Source: an uncultured archaeon
Lineage (GTDB): Archaea; Asgardarchaeota; Hermodarchaeia; Hermodarchaeales; Hermodarchaeaceae
Assembly: GCA_964347045.1 (NCBI GenBank)
Contig: CAYFXC010000035.1
Span: 1-10,939 of the forward strand
Length of the DNA stretch: 10,939 nt
Reading direction: 5' to 3'
Position numbers and translations under genes: made by a program. The notes beneath the pieces were generated by a model that saw only the letters and a list, made by a program, of their open reading frames with translations, searched no databases and was not told the DNA's origin. Of the stretch, positions 8,311 through 10,939 are shown piece by piece (positions within the stretch are counted from its first letter, which is position 1; each line of letters begins with the position of its first letter).

Positions 8311-8853
8311 ATGGTAGAGGATAAGCTTCTTATATGGAAGTTTAAGTGTGGTTCTCAAGAAGCTCTGAGTAGAATCTATGAGAAATACGATGGTTATTTA
8401 GTTTCATTAGCCACAGCTCTTTTAAATGACGTTCATTGTGCCGAAGATGTAGTCCATGACTTCTTTGTATCGTTTGCTCAGTCAGCTGACAAACTCAAAG
8501 TGGATGGCTGTCTTAAAAGTTACTTAGCAACATGTGTTGCGAACCTAGCCCGAGATAGAATACGAATACAGCAACGAAATCCAACAAGCCTGGACGAAGA
8601 TAATCCAGTCAATTCAACAACAATCGGACCTGATTTATTAGCGGTACAAGATGAAGAACTGCAACAGCTAAACCGAGCAATGTCACAACTTCCATATGAA
8701 CAGCGAGAAGTAATAGTTCTTCATCTCCAGGGCAGAATGAGATTCACACAGATAGCTACATTGAGAAGTGTTTCGGTGAACACAATCAGGAGTCAGTACC
8801 GTTATGGGTTGAATAAGCTAAGATCACTACTGAATCATGAGGTAGCTAAATGA
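8311..8853 (+). CDS. ECF (sigma-70 group 4) RNA polymerase sigma factor
   Basis: Region 2 pattern GSQEALSRIYEKY...AEDVVHDFFV...LKSYLATCVANLARD, and region 4 LPYEQREVIVLHLQGRMRFTQIATLRSVSVNTIRSQYRYGLNKLR. ATG 8311 (GAGAG upstream) is preferred over TTG 8293. No C-terminal extension. Confidence 0.95.
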   Translation: MVEDKLLIWKFKCGSQEALSRIYEKYDGYLVSLATALLNDVHCAEDVVHDFFVSFAQSADKLKVDGCLKSYLATCVANLARDRIRIQQRNPTSLDEDNPVNSTTIGPDLLAVQDEELQQLNRAMSQLPYEQREVIVLHLQGRMRFTQIATLRSVSVNTIRSQYRYGLNKLRSLLNHEVAK

Positions 8854-9488
8854 AGTCGCTGGCAGAGGTTGAAAGATTAGTTAAAAAATTTCGGATTAAA
8901 CCTACGGTAAAAATGAGAGAAAAAACTCTTACTGATGCTCTCACGGCGCAAGAAGAAATTAAGAAAACAGAATCGGCTGTGACTAGGCCAAATATTTGGA
9001 GAACAATTATGAAAACGAAACTGAAAAAACTCACGGCAGCATCTATTGCATTCGCTTGCCTCCTTCCTTTGTGCTATGGAGTAGGCAAGTTCGTAACGAA
9101 CTTCTTCGTAGTCGATGAAGGTGTTGTGACCTTCCCGAATGAAAAAAATGGTGGCGACATGTATGGGTGGAGGGTCGGTGTAAAGACCAATGGACCCCTC
9201 AACGACGAAGAGATCGCTAAATATGACCCAAATGACCCAAATAATGTGCATAGAAAAGAAGAAATAAAACAGATATTTAAGGAACTCCATGAACTGCGTC
9301 AAGCAGGCAAGTTTGAAAGAACTTTTGTAAAAGAAGATGAACAGGATGGGATTAAGATACGTTTCTACAAGGATCATTTTACCTTGTCGAGCGGCAAGAC
9401 TATTACAATGGATATCCAAGAGTCGTGGAAAGATGGTAAATTGATTGGAGCGGGAGGTGGATGGGGAGGAGGATCAGCAGAGAACTGA
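8850..9488 (+). CDS. Putative membrane-anchored anti-sigma factor
   Basis: ATGA overlap with the ECF stop (8850-8853). It has a ~60-aa basic helical N-terminus ending IWRTIMKTKLKKL, one hydrophobic helix (TAASIAFACLLPLCYGV) and a ~130-aa hydrophilic C-terminal domain. No HxxxCxxC zinc motif. Confidence 0.75.
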   Translation: MKSLAEVERLVKKFRIKPTVKMREKTLTDALTAQEEIKKTESAVTRPNIWRTIMKTKLKKLTAASIAFACLLPLCYGVGKFVTNFFVVDEGVVTFPNEKNGGDMYGWRVGVKTNGPLNDEEIAKYDPNDPNNVHRKEEIKQIFKELHELRQAGKFERTFVKEDEQDGIKIRFYKDHFTLSSGKTITMDIQESWKDGKLIGAGGGWGGGSAEN

Positions 9489-9577
9489 GACGGAAAAGAA
9501 ACAAGAACAAAAAAAATGATCTTGTCAGCCAAAACTGTGATTACAAGCTATTGTAAAGGCTGCAAATTCAGTTATCA

Positions 9578-9610
9578 GGACCGGCCAGAAATGACCGGTC
9601 CGTGTTTTTT
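9578..9610 (+). terminator. Intrinsic terminator of the ECF/anti-sigma operon
   Basis: GGACCGGCCA-GAAA-TGACCGGTCC (9/10 bp stem, GNRA loop) followed by GTGTTTTTT, about 90 nt after the stop codon. Confidence 0.8.
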
Positions 9611-9867
9611 GGGTGGCAGCTTTGTGCTGTTGTGTCCGTTGCTGATTTCAGTAGTATTCGGTTGCATGGAAAAAACCGAGGAGGTGAACAGCGAGGAAAT
9701 CGACAAAGCTTTGAAGAATATAAAGTAACTTAATGCAAAGGATCATTGCACCTAGTTAAATAATGCTCTGATTGGTGTGTGATAGATCGCTACAGATTGA
9801 GTTCCAAAATACCAGAATTCCTCGACAAGTCACCTCTTCCAGGAGCTCAAAAACACCCAAATTTCCA

Positions 9868-9894
9868 GGTGACATCTTGTCACCATTTTGTCAC
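9868..9894. repeat. TGTCAC palindrome plus 11-bp-phased direct repeat (protein-binding-site-like)
   Basis: GGTGACA-TCT-TGTCACC is a perfect inverted repeat (9868-9884). TTGTCAC occurs at 9877-9883 and 9888-9894. Confidence 0.6.
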
Positions 9895-10037
9895 TACAAA
9901 CGCTAATTTTGCCTATATCGAGTCCGAACAAATGTTGATTTTTTGCGAAAATGCGAATATTTATTGACAATTTTTATGTGTAATCGGATTAAGTATACGG
10001 CGCAAAAGAAATGTAGCTATCATATAATCCTATTTGG

Positions 10038-10074
10038 AATAAACAAGGCTGCTGATTCCTCAGACCAGTAGCCC
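10038..10074 (-). terminator. Possible intrinsic terminator downstream of the minus-strand remnants
   Basis: Minus strand GGCT(A)CTGGT-CTGAGGA-ATCAG(C)AGCC followed by TTGTTTATT, about 60 nt after the stop at 10136. Confidence 0.5.
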
Positions 10075-10135
10075 TTCTGAGCATATTTCGATGATACAGT
10101 GTCAACTTTTAGCCGTCACCAGCTATGATTGAATC

Positions 10136-10372
10136 TTAAGGTGCAGGTTCCGGCTCAGGCTCACACGGCTCCATCAATGTTACCCACTTCCTGGCTCCCG
10201 CAGGCAAAGGACCGATACACATGATCGGTTTTTCATCACTATCTGCGAATCCGTCGCCATCTTTATCCTGTTCGGCACCATGCACGAAGATGTAATGGTC
10301 AAAGACCTCCATAGTGTCGCAATCGATAATTCTTGTGATTTTATGAATATAGGAGGAATTATTATGTATCAT
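10136..10372 (-). pseudogene. Probable C-terminal remnant of an extracytoplasmic protein with a DxDxDG Ca2+-binding-like loop
   Basis: QDKDGDGFADSDEKP motif, paired Cys residues, an EPCEPEPEPAP tail and a downstream terminator-like hairpin. There is no signal peptide, and the first ~12 codons lie in an AT-rich stretch that looks unrelated. Confidence 0.5.
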
Positions 10373-10608
10373 GCGAGGAGCAGAGTTGCGGTGAGAATTT
10401 TGTGCTTCGCGAGTGAGTATTTTAGCATTTCAATTAACAATCTATTTTTATTTAGATCCCGCCCGTCGAAGACGGCACTCATACGAAGGCGTAGCATCCA
10501 CTGTACCCCCTCCATGTAAACTCTGCAGAGCTGGTTTAGAGCGGATTTATCACCATTCTTGACTAAAGCGATTAATTCACGGGTCTTTTGGCCAACAGTA
10601 CACATCAA
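10369..10608 (-). pseudogene. Truncated ECF sigma factor (N-terminal ~43 aa only) read into unrelated sequence
   Basis: KTRELIALVKNGDKSALNQLCRVYMEGVQWMLRLRM matches the ECF N-terminal pattern (L+..++.GD..AL..L...Y...+...+R.R). Similarity stops near 10478, with no AED/DxxQ motif and no region 4 HTH. Confidence 0.7.
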
Positions 10609-10752
10609 CCTTTTCTAACCCCCACAGGTAAAGGACCTTATATAAATTTTACCAATTCTTAAAAAAAATTTCAACAAAAAGCGTTAGGTTGCCCGCATTT
10701 TGGCATTTAAAAGAGTAGGGTTAACGAGACAAAAGAGTGAAGTAAAAGTAAA

Positions 10753-10822
10753 GTAAACTACTGTGGGTTAAAACCCATAGCATTATAGTTTCAGGCTTTC
10801 ACCTGTCCGCCTTCGGCGGATA
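10753..10822. repeat. Two short palindromes resembling an IS200/IS605-family end or a REP-like non-autonomous element
   Basis: GTAAACTA-CTGTGGGTT-AA-AACCCATAG-CATT (hairpin 10761-10780) and TCCGCC-TTC-GGCGGA (10806-10820). No transposase is present in the window. Confidence 0.45.
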
Positions 10823-10939
10823 TCCGTCCAACTGTGTCAAAATGAAAAAAAATGAAACATATCCTTTTGGCCGGGATGATTTAGATAGGCGACCAATGAT
10901 AAAAGAATTGAATATCCAGATGGTTCGTCAGGCACAAGC

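Noticed and set aside
8846-9419. 62-aa and 180-aa minus-strand ORFs
   Set aside because: Antisense to the anti-sigma gene; the Phe-richness mirrors Lys/Glu codons on the + strand.
9516-9728. 70-aa ORF with a hydrophobic stretch and VFGC
   Set aside because: It runs through the intrinsic terminator, has no SD, and its hydrophobicity comes from the GT-rich tract. At most the last ~20 codons are a remnant.
9779-9967. 62-aa ORF
   Set aside because: No SD or motif, and it spans the palindromic site.
9964-9996. Perfect TTGACA -35 hexamer
   Set aside because: No acceptable -10 at 16-18 nt spacing and no downstream plus-strand gene nearby.
10842-10939. ORF open to the window end (MKKNETYPFGRDD...)
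   Set aside because: No SD, only 32 codons visible, and no IscB PLMP or transposase-like start.
1-10939. CRISPR array, tRNA/rRNA, intact transposase or defence system
   Set aside because: No regularly spaced repeats, RNA gene signatures or nuclease/recombinase motifs were seen.

Overview
The window has three parts. (1) 308-7894: four genes for predicted exported glycoside-hydrolase-like proteins. Three are on + in a probable operon behind a good sigma70-type promoter, and one converges on -. Two are recognisable DUF4091/GH123-like proteins. The other two belong to no family I recognise, but they carry an adjacent DE or a DxE acidic motif like those of substrate-assisted N-acetylhexosaminidases. 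(2) 8311-9488: a translationally coupled ECF sigma factor / single-pass membrane anti-sigma pair followed by an intrinsic terminator. Their sequence style suggests Planctomycetota (Phycisphaerae-like); this is an inference. (3) 9610-10939: a decayed, rearranged region with a truncated second ECF sigma, a DxDxDG-containing gene remnant, a TGTCAC palindrome/direct-repeat site and small IS200/IS605-end-like or REP-like hairpins. No rRNA, tRNA, CRISPR array or intact transposase was seen. The best candidate for an undescribed system is the four-enzyme putative HexNAc-glycan-processing cluster, which may include two new GH families. All family calls come from motif recognition by eye, with no database searches.
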